The notes below the pieces were generated by a model. That model ran no database searches and was not told the DNA's origin. It worked only from the letters and a program-made list of their open reading frames with translations. Source: Clostridiales bacterium (GTDB taxonomy: Bacteria; Bacillota; Clostridia; Oscillospirales; RGIG5299). From it: a DNA stretch of 50,279 nt. A program made the translations under genes and the position numbers. The stretch is from contig JAEEIO010000013.1 in NCBI GenBank assembly GCA_016281405.1, positions 1-50,279 on the forward strand. Direction: 5' to 3'. Below, one piece after another: positions 24,859-32,024 of the stretch (its first letter is position 1; every line of letters starts with the position of its first letter).

Positions 24859-25362
24859 TCAGTCGATTACAACATGATACCATTCATCGTTAATTTTATC
24901 AATATATTCGTTGCCTTCTGTCAGCGACGGGGTTCCGCCCTTTGTCCAAACCAGATAATAAGTATAATTCAAACAACGGAATAATATTTTGTTTTCTTTT
25001 ATTTGAATTACGTCAAGGCCTTCCGGAAAGCCTTTGCCCGAAATAATTTTGCCAAGCGCTTCGTTAACGGCGTCGGGCACGGCGGCGTCGGCGCCGCCGA
25101 CGGTCAGATAACACTTATCCGTTTCCTTATCATAACGATAGCGAAAATCCGAGCCGCTCGGATATTCTGAAAGACAGTTTTTGACCGTTTCGAATTCGAC
25201 GGCGTATTTTTCAAAACGGGCGTAAGCTATTTGTCTCGACGCCTGTAAGAAAGCGTTTCCGATAAGAACAAACCCCACGGAGCCGCCGACAAGAAACAAA
25301 ACGACCGCGGCGACTTTCAACCACACTTTTAATGCGATATTGTCGGATCTATCGTCTCTCAT
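24859..25362 (-). CDS. Hypothetical N-terminally membrane-anchored protein (low-GC island)
   Basis: ORF 24859-25377. ATG 25362 has GGAGG 6 nt upstream. One TM segment (VAAVVLFLVGGSVGFVLIG). I recognise no family. Confidence 0.55.
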   Translation of the reverse strand: MRDDRSDNIALKVWLKVAAVVLFLVGGSVGFVLIGNAFLQASRQIAYARFEKYAVEFETVKNCLSEYPSGSDFRYRYDKETDKCYLTVGGADAAVPDAVNEALGKIISGKGFPEGLDVIQIKENKILFRCLNYTYYLVWTKGGTPSLTEGNEYIDKINDEWYHVVID

Positions 25363-25413
25363 ACTATGCCTCCACATACAGTATGCTCAAAAACCGCCAA
25401 TGTTACAAACGGT

Positions 25414-25995
25414 TTATAACTTGTTATCCCTCTTCACAGACTTCTCCCTTGCCGATAATGCAATAAAGATTATCCCTATCGGCAACAATAATCTTTTGAG
25501 GAAACTCTCATAAAAAGGCAATAAAGGGGAAAAATCCACGCTTTCAAGGGTTCCGATCATAGTGACGGCAAACCATGCTACAGACAGTATTGCGGCAATA
25601 ATGCCGGCTGCTTTTTTTATTCTTGGAATTCCGAAAAAAGCCAAAGCAACCCACATTGCCAAGTAAAGCGCAGACGCAATCGGGTCCGATAAGCGTATTA
25701 TACCGTGTTGATATTCGCTTATCAAAGCGATCAATCTTACGACCGCAAACGGGCAACAAGCTGCCGCACCGATCGAGGTTATTACATTATTCGGAACAAT
25801 CATTGAAATTGCAATAGCTGTTATGGCCAAATAGTGAACAGTGAAAAAGATAATTTCAATATTGAAAGGATATTGATTAAAAATAATATCATCTAAAGAT
25901 ACTATTATAAGCCAAAAGCCAAATATAGCAGAATACAATATCAAACAAGCCGCGGCAACTATTCGCACAAAGGTAAAGCCCCGTTTTTTTGCCAT
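25414..25995 (-). CDS. Hypothetical polytopic membrane protein (~6 TM), low-GC island
   Basis: 193-aa hydrophobic ORF, with SD GAAAGGAAGTGAAG and its own promoter. No family recognised. Confidence 0.6.
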   Translation of the reverse strand: MAKKRGFTFVRIVAAACLILYSAIFGFWLIIVSLDDIIFNQYPFNIEIIFFTVHYLAITAIAISMIVPNNVITSIGAAACCPFAVVRLIALISEYQHGIIRLSDPIASALYLAMWVALAFFGIPRIKKAAGIIAAILSVAWFAVTMIGTLESVDFSPLLPFYESFLKRLLLPIGIIFIALSAREKSVKRDNKL

Positions 25996-26016
25996 ATTAA
26001 CTTCACTTCCTTTCTT

Positions 26017-26044
26017 ATTATAACAATGTTCGGCGTTTTGTCAA
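26017..26044 (-). promoter_or_regulatory. Island promoter P1 (extended -10)
   Basis: Minus strand reads TTGACA (26039-26044), 16-nt spacer ending TGT, TATAAT (26017-26022). Confidence 0.65.
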
Positions 26045-26054
26045 GTCGCCTGTT

Positions 26055-26125
26055 TCTTTTACCAATATAGTCGTTTGAAAAAGGAAAATCTTACAAAAAA
26101 TTTTTTTCAGAGCAAAAAAATCCCC
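26055..26125. repeat. Copy A of a duplicated ~70-nt AT-rich intergenic module
   Basis: ttcttttaccaatatagtcgtttgaaaaaggaaaatcttacaaaaaattttttt + cagagcaaaaaaatcccc. Near-identical to 27046-27139 apart from a ~23-nt insertion in copy B. Confidence 0.85.
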
Positions 26126-26142
26126 GCGCCGATGGCGCGGGG
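26113..26142 (-). terminator. Terminator of the 157-aa island gene
   Basis: ccccgcgcc (26122-26130), loop gat, ggcgcgggg (26134-26142). On the minus strand it is followed by AUUUUUUU. Confidence 0.8.
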
Positions 26143-26151
26143 GCGGGGGTT

Positions 26152-26625
26152 TTATCTTGAAACGCCTTTTGTGAGCAGACGCTTTTCCGTGATATCCAAA
26201 AGGAACCAATGGCCGGACGGCGAATAAAGGTTGGCATATTCGTGCTCGTCTGAAAGAAGGGTCTTATCGAGCTCGGGATAGTAACTGCGATTCGCGTCTT
26301 TGATATATTCGGTCGTCACTATCGCGCCGTCCATAATATCGAGGTCGTTCCGACAAATGATATCGTTTACGCACCATAAGATGTTTCCTTTTCGGTCATA
26401 GGCTTTCGCGGGGCTCTTCGGACTTAACACGATATAGCATTCTCGCGCGATAATAAAGCAGGAAATCGGGTATTCAAAAGCCAATACGGGCGGGATGCTC
26501 ACTTCATTTCCGTTTGAATAGGCGAATGCGGAAAAAGTGTGAACGTCGGTTTCTGATAATTCAATATTTATCATTTCACCGTTTATTATCGTGCTGAAAT
26601 GAAGGGCAAGACCTCGGTTGTTCAT
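26152..26625 (-). CDS. Hypothetical cytoplasmic protein (157 aa), low-GC island
   Basis: ORF with SD TTAGGAGAAGCT directly upstream of the ATG, co-transcribed with the 97-aa lipoprotein. No family recognised. Confidence 0.55.
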   Translation of the reverse strand: MNNRGLALHFSTIINGEMINIELSETDVHTFSAFAYSNGNEVSIPPVLAFEYPISCFIIARECYIVLSPKSPAKAYDRKGNILWCVNDIICRNDLDIMDGAIVTTEYIKDANRSYYPELDKTLLSDEHEYANLYSPSGHWFLLDITEKRLLTKGVSR

Positions 26626-26670
26626 AAAGCTTCTCCTAATAATAGAATGAGGCGGGGCGTGGGTTTTGCC

Positions 26671-26964
26671 TTATTCTACAAAATAGCCCGTGACAAGCGG
26701 CTCTTCCGATTCGTCAGAATTTGTAAACCATATCCAGATTTTGCTTCCGTTGGCAAGCCTCCACTCGGTCTTAATCATCCCTGATGCTTCGGACGGAATC
26801 TGTTCGCCCAATAAAGCGACTACCTCATCATAACTCATGTGATAAACTATTTGCTTTAGCTGTTTAAACGCAAGAGCGTCGTCATTTGCATATTTTCCTG
26901 CGCATCCCGCGAGCGTCGCCGTAAGCAGCAAAACGGCAATACATAAAACTACTGTTTTTTTCAT
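26671..26964 (-). CDS. Small lipoprotein (97 aa), low-GC island
   Basis: MKKTVVLCIAVLLLTATLAGCAGK carries a lipobox (LAGC). Confidence 0.65.
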   Translation of the reverse strand: MKKTVVLCIAVLLLTATLAGCAGKYANDDALAFKQLKQIVYHMSYDEVVALLGEQIPSEASGMIKTEWRLANGSKIWIWFTNSDESEEPLVTGYFVE

Positions 26965-27010
26965 ACTATCAACCCCATTTCTGTTCTAAAGCGGTTTTTC
27001 TTATATAATC

Positions 27011-27038
27011 ATTATATCATATTTCAGGCTTTTTTCAA
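27011..27038 (-). promoter_or_regulatory. Island promoter P2 (extended -10)
   Basis: Minus strand reads TTGAAA (27033-27038), 16-nt spacer ending TGA, TATAAT (27011-27016). Confidence 0.6.
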
Positions 27039-27045
27039 CCGCTTT

Positions 27046-27139
27046 TTCTTTTACCAATATAGTCGTATGAAAACGAAAAATCTTACAAGAATTTTTTTAT
27101 TTTTTTGAAAAAAATATTTTTCAGAGCAAAAAAATCCCC
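27046..27139. repeat. Copy B of the duplicated AT-rich intergenic module
   Basis: ttcttttaccaatatagtcgtatgaaaacgaaaaatcttacaagaattttttt, an insertion, then cagagcaaaaaaatcccc. Aligns with 26055-26125. Confidence 0.85.
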
Positions 27140-27156
27140 CGCCACAGAGGCGGGGG
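27127..27156 (-). terminator. Orphan minus-oriented terminator hairpin (part of duplicated module; no minus-strand gene feeds it)
   Basis: cccccgcc (27136-27143), loop acaga, ggcggggg (27149-27156). On the minus strand it is followed by AUUUUUUU. Confidence 0.55.
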
Positions 27157-27178
27157 TTGCATTTGCAAATAATTATAC

Positions 27179-27207
27179 TTTACAATTTACGACTTTTCCT
27201 CTATAAT
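27179..27207 (+). promoter_or_regulatory. Promoter of the plus-strand island gene
   Basis: TTTACA (27179-27184), 17-nt spacer, TATAAT (27202-27207). Confidence 0.5.
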
Positions 27208-27234
27208 AATTGTGAAAACAACGGGAGGGTCAAT

Positions 27235-27861
27235 ATGAACACAGCTTTGTATTCGCAGTTATACGCCGCGAACGATATGTCGAATAAGCTTGAAGAAAGC
27301 AGAACGAATTTTGAATTGTGGAAAAAGGAAGCCGACAAATATAACCGCAAAATCGCCAAGGGTCGCAATGCCGTCTTATGGATTTGCGTCATTGCCGCCA
27401 TTATCGTGAATATTGTCGTTTTCTTCGCGGCGTTGACTAAAAAAGACGCCGGAGCGATGGTTTTAACAACTTTTCTTATTTCGGCCGCCGTTTGCGTCGC
27501 TTTGCCGTTGGCAATGCACTTTATTCTGAAAGCGGTTTATAAAAAGAAAATCGCCGACGCGAGAGCGAAGGCCGACGAGTGGTCGGAGCATTGGAAAAAG
27601 ATTTTTAACCCTTCCCTTCTTGAATTTTTGCCCGAGAATTACCGCTATCCGATAGCCATAAACTATATGGCAAATATCGTCTATTCGGGCAGGGTGCAAA
27701 CCCTTAACGAGGCTTTGAACAAATATGACGAACAGCTTCACCGCTGGAAAATGGAAAACACCCAAGAGGCCATTCTGGCCGAGCAGCAGTTTCAGACGCG
27801 GCAACTCTCGGACATTCATACCGCGGCGGTCGCCACCGCTGTCGGCACTTGGCGAAACTGA
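27235..27861 (+). CDS. Hypothetical 2-TM membrane protein with coiled-coil-like termini, low-GC island
   Basis: ATG 27235 lies after GGGAGGG (ORF track starts at 27157). MNTALYSQLYAANDMSNKLEE…, with TM segments AVLWICVIAAIIVNIVVFFAAL and MVLTTFLISAAVCVALPLAM. Confidence 0.55.
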   Translation: MNTALYSQLYAANDMSNKLEESRTNFELWKKEADKYNRKIAKGRNAVLWICVIAAIIVNIVVFFAALTKKDAGAMVLTTFLISAAVCVALPLAMHFILKAVYKKKIADARAKADEWSEHWKKIFNPSLLEFLPENYRYPIAINYMANIVYSGRVQTLNEALNKYDEQLHRWKMENTQEAILAEQQFQTRQLSDIHTAAVATAVGTWRN

Positions 27862-27874
27862 CGCCGTAAAAAAC

Positions 27875-27909
27875 AAAAAAGCAGGCTGAAAAATCAGTCT
27901 GCTTTTTTT
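27875..27909. terminator. Bidirectional terminator between the island gene and carB-dapF
   Basis: gcaggctga (27881-27889), loop aaaa, tcagtctgc (27894-27902; one G-U/mismatch), flanked by A6 and T7 runs. Confidence 0.7.
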
Positions 27910-27915
27910 ATTCTC

Positions 27916-30900
27916 TTACAGCTCCACGATGCCCTCGTAGATCTTTTCGGCGTTGCCGCGGAGGGTTATAAGGTCGTCGGTGTAGTTGACGGTAAGCTCG
28001 CCGCCTAAGAGCTTTACTTTTATGTCGGCGCCCTTGTCGGCGTAGCCGTTAAGGACGGCCGCTATGGCCGCCGCGGTGGCGCCCGTGCCGCACGACCACG
28101 TCTCGCCGCTGCCGCGCTCCCATACCCTCATTTTGAGGTTGTTTCTGCCCTGCACCTTCACGAACTCGGTGTTGACGCCCTCGGGGAAGACGGGATTATG
28201 CTCGAAATAGGGGCCTACCGAGGCGATGTCGAGGGTCTCGACCTCGTCGCAGAAGACGACGCAGTGCGGATTTCCGACCGAGAGGCAGGTGACGAGGTAG
28301 GTGACGCCGTCCACCTCGAGCGGCGCCGAGACTATGCGGTCGCCCTTCAGGGTCGTCGGTATCTTTTCGGGCTTGAGCTCGAGCGCGCCCATGTCGACCG
28401 AGGCGGCGTTCACCACTCCGTACATCTTGTAAAGCGTTATCTTTCTTATGCCGCTCGCGGTCTCTATCGTCATGGAGGTCTTGTCGGTGCGGCCCGCGTC
28501 GTAGAGGTATTTCGCCATGCCCCTGATGGCGTTTCCGGCCATCAGGCCCTCGGAGCCGTCGGTGTTATACATTTTCATCCGCGCGTCGGCCTTGTCCGAA
28601 GGATACATCATGACGACGCCGTCGCCGCCGACGCCGAAATGCCTGTCGGAAAGCCTGACGGCAAGTCCCTCGGGGTTGTTTATCTTCTGGTCGAAGCAGT
28701 CGAAATAGATGTAGTCGTTGCCCGCCGTCTGTATTTTGACGAAGCGGAGCTTCTGGCGCTCGTGGCGCATATCGTTTATGTTTACGAGCTCTATCGACTT
28801 TTGCGAATAGCGGCTCTTTATGCAGGAGGCGACGGCGCCCGCCGTGTCGAGCGAGGTGAGGCAGGGGACGGCGCGCTCGACCGCCTTGCGGCGTATCTTG
28901 ACGCTGTCGCGTTCGGGCATACGTCCCTTGGTCGAGGTCGAGACGACGTAGCTTATTCTGCCGCTCTCGATGAGCGAAATGGCGTTGTTGTCGCTTTCGT
29001 GTATCTTACCGACCACCTCGGCGTCGATGCCCGCCTTTTTGAGGACGGCGGCGGTGCCGGCCGTGGCGTAGACGGTAAATCCGAGGTCGTAAAACTGCTT
29101 CGCTATTTCGGCTATCTCGGGCTTGTCGCTGTCGCGGACGGTTATGAATACGCCGCCCTCTTTCTTGAGCGAGTAGCCCGCCGCCGCGAGACCTTTGTAA
29201 AGCGCCTCGTCCATCGTCGCGGCGATGCCTAAGACCTCGCCCGTCGATTTCATCTCGGGGCCGAGGTGCGTATCGAGGTTTTGCAGTTTTTCAAAGGAGA
29301 AAATAGGCACCTTGACGGCGACGTAGGGCGAGACCTTGTAAAGTCCCGTGCCGTAGCCCATATCCTTTATCTTTTCGCCGAGCATCGCGCGCGTCGCGAG
29401 GTCGACCATCGGTATTTTCGTGACTTTGCTTATGTAAGGCACGGTGCGCGAGGAGCGCGGGTTGACCTCGATGACGTAAAGCTCGCCCTCGTAGATGAGA
29501 TACTGGATATTTATAAGTCCCATGGTCTTTAAGTCGACCGCGAGATTTTTGGTGCATTCGACTATCTTTTTCCTCATCTCGTCCGAGACGTTCCACGCGG
29601 GGTAAACCGCTATGCTGTCGCCCGAGTGGATGCCCGCGCGCTCGATATGCTCCATTATGCCGGGGATCAGGATGTCCTCGCCGTCGCATATCGCGTCGAC
29701 CTCGAGCTCGGTGCCGCCCAAGTATTTATCGATGAGGACGGGGTTTTCTATGTTTTGGGCGAGTATTATTTTCATATACTCGCGGATGTCGGCCTCAGAG
29801 AAGGCGATAATCATATTCTGTCCGCCGAGGACGTAGGAGGGGCGCATGAGCACGGGGTAGCCGAGGTCGGCGGCCGCCGCCAGCGCCTCTTTTTCGGTCA
29901 TGACGGTGTGTCCCGCGGGACGGCGGATGTTATAGTGCTCCAAAAGCGCGTCGAAACGCTCGCGGTCTTCGGCGGCGTCGATGGAATCGGCGGGGGTGCC
30001 GAGTATCCGTTCGCCCTTTTCGGAGAGGAATTTCGTAAGTTTAATGGCCGTCTGTCCGCCGAAGGCGACGACGACGCCCCACGGCTTCTCGACCTCGAGG
30101 ATGCTTTCGACGTCCTCGGGAGTGAGGGGCTCGAAATAGAGCCTGTCTGCCGTGTCGAAGTCGGTCGAGACGGTCTCGGGGTTATTGTTGACTATGACGA
30201 CGTCGTAGCCCGCCTCCTTGAGCGCCCAGACGCAGTGAACCGAGGCGTAGTCGAACTCTATGCCCTGCCCTATCCTGATGGGGCCCGAGCCGAAGACGAT
30301 GACCGTCTTTTTGTCGGTCTTGCGGTTTGCCAAAAACTCGGCTGCCTCGTTTTCTTCGTCGAAGGTGGAGTAGAAATAGGGGGTGTCGGCCGAGAACTCG
30401 GCGGCGCAGGTGTCGACCATCTTGAAGACGGCGCGGCGTTTATTGGCTATTTTTTTGCCTGAAATCTCTTCTATGACGGCGTCGGGGTAGCCCGCCTTTT
30501 TGGCCTCGAGATAAAGCCCGTCTGTGAGGGCGGGCGCCGAGGCGAGGCGGCGTTCGAGGGCTATCATCGAGAGGAATTTGTTTAGGAACCAGCGGTCGAT
30601 TTTGGTTATCTCATAGAGCTTGTCGACAGAGACGCCGCGCTTTAAGGCCTCCCATACGAGGAATATGCGCTCGTCGGTGCATTCGGCGATTTTATCGAGA
30701 AGTTCGCCGTCCTTCAAAGCGGCGTAGGCGGGGGTGTTCATCGAGGGGTGCTTTATTTCGGCGCCGCGGACGGCTTTCATCATGGCCGCCTCGAAGGAGG
30801 GCGCTATCGCCATGACCTCGCCCGTCGCCTTCATCTGCGTGCCGAGCTTCCTTGAGGCATAGACGAACTTATCGAAGGGCCACTTGGGGAACTTGACGAC

Positions 30901-31962
30901 GATATAGTCTATCGTCGGCTCGAAGCAGGCGGCCGTTTTATTGGTTATCTTGTTGGTTATCTCGTCGAGGGTGTAGCCTACGGCGATTTTGGTGGCGACG
31001 CGGGCTATCGGGTAGCCCGTCGCCTTGGAGGCGAGCGCCGACGAGCGGGAGACGCGGGGGTTGACCTCTATGACGGCGTATTCGAAGCTGTTCGGATCGA
31101 GCGCGAACTGGACGTTGCAGCCGCCCTCGACCTTGAGGGCCTCGACGATGTCGAGCGCCGCGGTGCGGAGCATCTCGTATTCCTTATCGGAAAGGGTGAG
31201 CGCGGGGGCGACGACGATGGAGTCTCCCGTGTGGATGCCGACGGGGTCGACGTTTTCCATGCTGCAGACGGTTATTTTGTTGCCCGCGCTGTCGCGGACG
31301 ACCTCGAACTCTATCTCTTTCCAGCCGCTTATGCACTTTTCGACGAGCACCTGATGTATCGGCGAGAGCTCAAGTCCGCCGCGGCATATCTCGTTCATTT
31401 CGTCGTCGTTATTGCATATACCGCCGCCCGTGCCGCCGAGGGTGAAGGCGGGACGGATTATGACGGGGTAGCCTATCTCGTTATGGACGTAATCGAGACC
31501 GTCTTTCAGGGTGTTCACGACTTTGGAGGGGATGCAGGGCTGACCTATCTCCTCCATGGTGTCCTTGAAACGCTGGCGGTCTTCGGCGCGGTCTATGGTG
31601 TCGGGGCGGGCGCCGAGAAGTCTTACGCCGTGCTTATCGAGAAAGCCGTCTTTCGCGAGCTGCATCGAGAGGGTGAGGCCCGTCTGGCCGCCCAGCGTCG
31701 AGAGGATGGAGTCGGGCTTCTCTTTTTCAATTATCCTTTTGACGACGGTAAGGGTGAGCGGCTCGATGTAGACCTTTGCCGCCATTTTCTCGTCGGTCAT
31801 AATGGTCGCGGGATTGGAGTTGATGAGCACGACCTCGACGCCGTCCTCGCGTAAAGCGCGGCAGGCCTGCGTGCCCGCGTAGTCGAACTCGGCCGCCTGC
31901 CCGATAACTATGGGGCCCGACCCTATGACTACTACCTTTTTGATGTCTTTGTTGAGCGGCAT
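27916..31962 (-). CDS. carB: Carbamoyl-phosphate synthase large subunit fused in frame to a C-terminal diaminopimelate-epimerase-like domain
   Basis: 1348 aa. CarB N-terminus MPLNKDIKKVVVIGSGPIVIGQAAEFDYAGTQA, two ATP-grasp halves and an MGS-like domain (GGVFITVRDSDKPEIAEIAKQFYDLGFTVYATAGTA). The last ~280 aa (27919-28770) read LRFVKIQTAGNDYIYFD…SVGNPHCV…WERGSGETWSCGTGATAAA, a DapF fold. Confidence 0.9.
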   Translation of the reverse strand: MPLNKDIKKVVVIGSGPIVIGQAAEFDYAGTQACRALREDGVEVVLINSNPATIMTDEKMAAKVYIEPLTLTVVKRIIEKEKPDSILSTLGGQTGLTLSMQLAKDGFLDKHGVRLLGARPDTIDRAEDRQRFKDTMEEIGQPCIPSKVVNTLKDGLDYVHNEIGYPVIIRPAFTLGGTGGGICNNDDEMNEICRGGLELSPIHQVLVEKCISGWKEIEFEVVRDSAGNKITVCSMENVDPVGIHTGDSIVVAPALTLSDKEYEMLRTAALDIVEALKVEGGCNVQFALDPNSFEYAVIEVNPRVSRSSALASKATGYPIARVATKIAVGYTLDEITNKITNKTAACFEPTIDYIVVKFPKWPFDKFVYASRKLGTQMKATGEVMAIAPSFEAAMMKAVRGAEIKHPSMNTPAYAALKDGELLDKIAECTDERIFLVWEALKRGVSVDKLYEITKIDRWFLNKFLSMIALERRLASAPALTDGLYLEAKKAGYPDAVIEEISGKKIANKRRAVFKMVDTCAAEFSADTPYFYSTFDEENEAAEFLANRKTDKKTVIVFGSGPIRIGQGIEFDYASVHCVWALKEAGYDVVIVNNNPETVSTDFDTADRLYFEPLTPEDVESILEVEKPWGVVVAFGGQTAIKLTKFLSEKGERILGTPADSIDAAEDRERFDALLEHYNIRRPAGHTVMTEKEALAAAADLGYPVLMRPSYVLGGQNMIIAFSEADIREYMKIILAQNIENPVLIDKYLGGTELEVDAICDGEDILIPGIMEHIERAGIHSGDSIAVYPAWNVSDEMRKKIVECTKNLAVDLKTMGLINIQYLIYEGELYVIEVNPRSSRTVPYISKVTKIPMVDLATRAMLGEKIKDMGYGTGLYKVSPYVAVKVPIFSFEKLQNLDTHLGPEMKSTGEVLGIAATMDEALYKGLAAAGYSLKKEGGVFITVRDSDKPEIAEIAKQFYDLGFTVYATAGTAAVLKKAGIDAEVVGKIHESDNNAISLIESGRISYVVSTSTKGRMPERDSVKIRRKAVERAVPCLTSLDTAGAVASCIKSRYSQKSIELVNINDMRHERQKLRFVKIQTAGNDYIYFDCFDQKINNPEGLAVRLSDRHFGVGGDGVVMMYPSDKADARMKMYNTDGSEGLMAGNAIRGMAKYLYDAGRTDKTSMTIETASGIRKITLYKMYGVVNAASVDMGALELKPEKIPTTLKGDRIVSAPLEVDGVTYLVTCLSVGNPHCVVFCDEVETLDIASVGPYFEHNPVFPEGVNTEFVKVQGRNNLKMRVWERGSGETWSCGTGATAAAIAAVLNGYADKGADIKVKLLGGELTVNYTDDLITLRGNAEKIYEGIVEL

Positions 31963-31992
31963 AACTCTTCCTCCGTAAAGCTTTTTTCAAAA

Positions 31993-32019
31993 GGGGTCAA
32001 GAGTAGGACTCTTGACCCC
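31993..32019 (-). terminator. Hairpin between purA and carB (weak terminator or attenuator)
   Basis: ggggtcaagagt (31993-32004), loop agg, actcttgacccc (32008-32019). The minus strand continues UUUUGAAAAAAG. Confidence 0.5.
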
Positions 32020-32024
32020 GCGGT

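Noticed and set aside
27157-27234. Upstream extension of the island plus-strand ORF (MHLQIIILYNLRLFLYNNCENNGRVN…).
   Set aside because: The extension covers the predicted promoter (-35/-10 at 27179-27207) and has no SD. ATG 27235 follows GGGAGGG.
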